36,118 nucleotides of DNA, taken from NCBI RefSeq assembly GCF_001194135.2, contig NC_069005.1, positions 33,358,201 to 33,394,318 of the forward strand, in the 5' to 3' direction. Source of the DNA: Octopus bimaculoides. Its lineage: Eukaryota. This document shows, in pieces, positions 33,600 through 36,118 of this stretch. Numbering within the stretch: position 1 is the stretch's first letter; each line of letters opens with the position of its first letter. A program made the translations under genes and the position numbers. A model generated the notes under the pieces. It searched no databases. It was given only the letters and a program-made list of their open reading frames with translations, and was not told the DNA's origin.

Positions 33600-33641
33600 T
33601 CACGTGGTAAGAGAGTGCTCTCCCTTACTTAAACCGGAAGT
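33600..33641. promoter_or_regulatory. Second promoter-like module: CACGTG (33601-33606) plus ETS consensus ACCGGAAGT (33633-33641)
   Basis: Motif match to ETS and bHLH-ZIP consensus; CpG-containing flank. Confidence 0.45.
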
Positions 33642-34864
33642 TGATCTGCAGCAATATTCGTAGAGTCCGGTCTTTAGTCTTCAAATGTTTCTGTCGTTAT
33701 CCCTTACTACAGTTTAATCAAACATCGACAGAATTTTGAGTCCTTAAAGACTGGAGACAATTCCTTCTCAATCAGTAAACAACCTCTGAAATATAAATGC
33801 TAGTTAGATACATTTTAATAATCTCTTGTTAGTATTTCTGACCTTGTAGACGACACACTGTCTCATAACCTAAGAATCACGAGAATTATTCGACAATTGC
33901 GAGGTCGTGATAATTTACCCGACGAATGTCTGCTTTAAACCTGTGAATAAGTTTTATGCGAGCTATAAATTCGTGGCTCGCAAACAACCGTCAAACGATT
34001 CCCGGGGTCGATTTCTTCAAGGCTCAAAATTCCTGGCTAAAGAATATCAATAGAACTGTATTTGTCTAAATATTGATAAATAAACATTTTCACAACCATA
34101 CTTTTCACATATATTGTTAGACATATTTGAATCAATAGAATCAGTGGTTCCTAACCTTTTCACTACCAAGGACCCCTTTTATTTAAATGAGTTTTCCCAC
34201 GGACCACTTTTAACATGCTAAACGAGCGCCTTGAACAGTGATACAAGATATCAATTCAGGCGAAATTTACCTTTGTTCAGAAAAGTCCTGCAGATGTAGA
34301 CATCGTAACATTTCACAAAATGGGACAATGTCTCCAACATCTCCGATTGTAAAGAACCAAGTTTTCTAAATTAGGCTTCACAAATGCTGATTCATTTCCA
34401 GACCTCAATAACATTTTTGCCTCCTCATTCTTCGTTCTATGACAATCCTGTTTCACAAGAGGGACATTTTTTGTTTTTGAGTCAGCAGAGATTGGGGATA
34501 TTATTTCATGGNNNNNNNNNNNNNNNNNNNNNNNNNNNNNNNNNNNNNNNNNNNNNNNNNNNNNNNNNNNNNNNNNNNNNNNNNNNNNNNNNNNNNNNNN
34601 NNNNNNNNNNNNNNNNNNNNNNNNNNNNNNNNNNNNNNNNNNNNNNNNNNNNNNNNNNNNNNNNNNNNNNNNNNNNNNNNNNNNNNNNNNNNNNNNNNNN
34701 NNNNNNNGCCACTGAGTTTTCCGTCCAGCTTCCTTACAATTCTGCTAGTTTTCTGCCTCACGAATGGGAGGAAAAAAAAAAAATTAAAATCATTTAAAAG
34801 TTGAACGAAAGCTTGGAACAGTGAATGACTGAATGTTCTTTTGTAAAGATGTGTTAGAGTGTCG

Positions 34865-35235
34865 TGGCACTCCGTCGGTTACGATGACGAGGGTTCCAGT
34901 AGATCCGATCAACGGAACAGCCTGCTCATGAAATTAACGTGGAAGTGGTTGAGCACTCCACAGACAAGTGTACCCTTAATGTAGTTCTCGGGGACTCAGC
35001 GTGACACAGTGTGATGAGGCTGGCCCTTTGAGATACAGGTACAACAGAAACAGGAAGAAAGAGTGATAGAAAGTTGTGGTGAAAGAGTACAGCAGGGTTC
35101 GCCACCACCCCCTGCCGGAGCCTCGTGGAGCTTTAGGCGTTTTTACTAAACACTCACAACACCCAGTCTGGGAATCAAAACTGTGATCCCACGATTGCAA
35201 ATCTGCCGCCCTAACCACTGTGCCATTGCGCCTCC
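34865..35235 (-). mobile_element. tRNA-derived SINE, family D, near full length
   Basis: Minus-strand head ggaggcgcaatggcacagtggttagggc (A-box) ... gttttgattcc (degenerate B-box); distinct body and 3' tail. Confidence 0.75.
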
Positions 35236-35631
35236 ACTGTTAGGGTGTAACAGGCAAATAACTGTATTTTATAAGTTGGCATAACTGTAGTCGTAATGGA
35301 GACGATGGTGATGGTGGTAGCAAAAAATGGGAAACCTTGTTTCATCTAACTGAAGGTGAGGGAGGGTCTTAGCACTGGTTTGGTGGATCTATAACACCGC
35401 CCGGTGAGGGCAGTGGATCGGAGAAGACGTGCATTTTTAAGAGAGAGAAAGAATCCAGAGAGTTAATATTTAGACGCCTATTAAGTGCGGCAGGGCGTTA
35501 AAAGAAATGTCCAACTCCAAGGTTCGTGTCGTATAAAGCAGACCAGACTAACATAATGACCAGGCGCAGCTGGTCTAAGGTTAATAGTAAAGGTAGAGGC
35601 CCCCTTCGGTCACGAATGACCATGGGATTGC

Positions 35632-35925
35632 ACTTTATTTCTAGATCTTTGTATTTTGAGAATTTCTCCGCTTCTTTTAGTATTCTATTGGTATTAATAC
35701 ATTGATTAGAAGGTATTTTTTTCTTGGTGATCTCTGACAACTGTATGAGATCTATTAGCGTTGATTTCTCTATCTGTGTGTGTTGACATATACAAGAGTA
35801 TGGTTGCTTTGTCATTTTCTGACACCTTTCCTGGCGTGTACCTACACCATCTTTTTTTGCTGTCATTCCATAGTGTTGGCATCGTTTCCAGTGTATATAT
35901 TCTTCATTATGTATATCTGGTGGTC
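35632..35925 (-). mobile_element. Decayed restriction-like-endonuclease non-LTR retrotransposon fragment (R4/Dong or related clade)
   Basis: With frameshifts: YIHWKRCQHYGMTAKK / RWCRYTPGKVSENDKATILLYMSTHTDREINANRSHTVVRDHQEK / ILKEAEKFSKYKDLEIK; matches the REL domain pattern (RPD..V, KY.DL). Confidence 0.8.
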
Positions 35926-35944
35926 TCAGAAATTATTATTATTA

Positions 35945-36085
35945 AAAAAAGAGAAACCGCATGGAAGGAGAAAAAAATGTATGGTCAGTTTGCAAGAGAT
36001 ACGAATGCCAAGACAAATACAGAAGACCAGTGGCCGTTGATAAAGAGGAATGACCTAATGGTAGAGACAGAAACACTTATATGAG
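35945..36085 (+). mobile_element. Second fragment of the same LINE clade (region between RT and the CCHC knuckle)
   Basis: WKEKKMYGQFARD...QWPLIKRNDLMVETETLI fits the W.EK..HGQ / L..ETE..I pattern; begins just after (ATT)n and an A-run. Confidence 0.75.
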
Positions 36086-36118
36086 CAAACTTTCCAGGCG
36101 CTGAGCCATGGTTTCACA

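Noticed and set aside
35160-35235. tRNA-like sequence (also SINE heads at 8908, 20237 and 26984)
   Set aside because: Degenerate A/B boxes, no complete cloverleaf, and continuous with SINE bodies

Overview
Eukaryotic, AT-rich, microsatellite- and SINE-dense genomic DNA with six N-gaps. The repeat families look like those of an octopus or other coleoid cephalopod (inference from recalled repeats, not a database search). The window is dominated by one complete minus-strand gene, NAA25 (NatB N-terminal acetyltransferase auxiliary subunit; MDM20/psidin). I assembled 28 coding exons by hand, from ATG at 32883 to TGA at 3218-3220. All introns are GT-AG and phase-compatible, giving 2916 nt = 971 aa + stop. 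Intron 1 is about 10.5 kb. Around and inside the gene are at least four SINE-like families, piggyBac-like and Tc1-like MITEs, an RTE tail, R4/Dong-like LINE remnants and a Penelope-type terminal fragment. Best leads: (1) a minimal type I hammerhead ribozyme in the sense orientation of intron 3; (2) a 72-bp near-perfect fold-back in the last intron, plus three more intronic inverted-repeat pairs (candidate ADAR substrates); (3) a candidate 233-nt frame-shifting or alternative terminal exon after exon 12; (4) a probable terminal exon of a convergent plus-strand gene at about 672-810. No prokaryotic-type system, CRISPR array, rRNA or true tRNA gene was seen.
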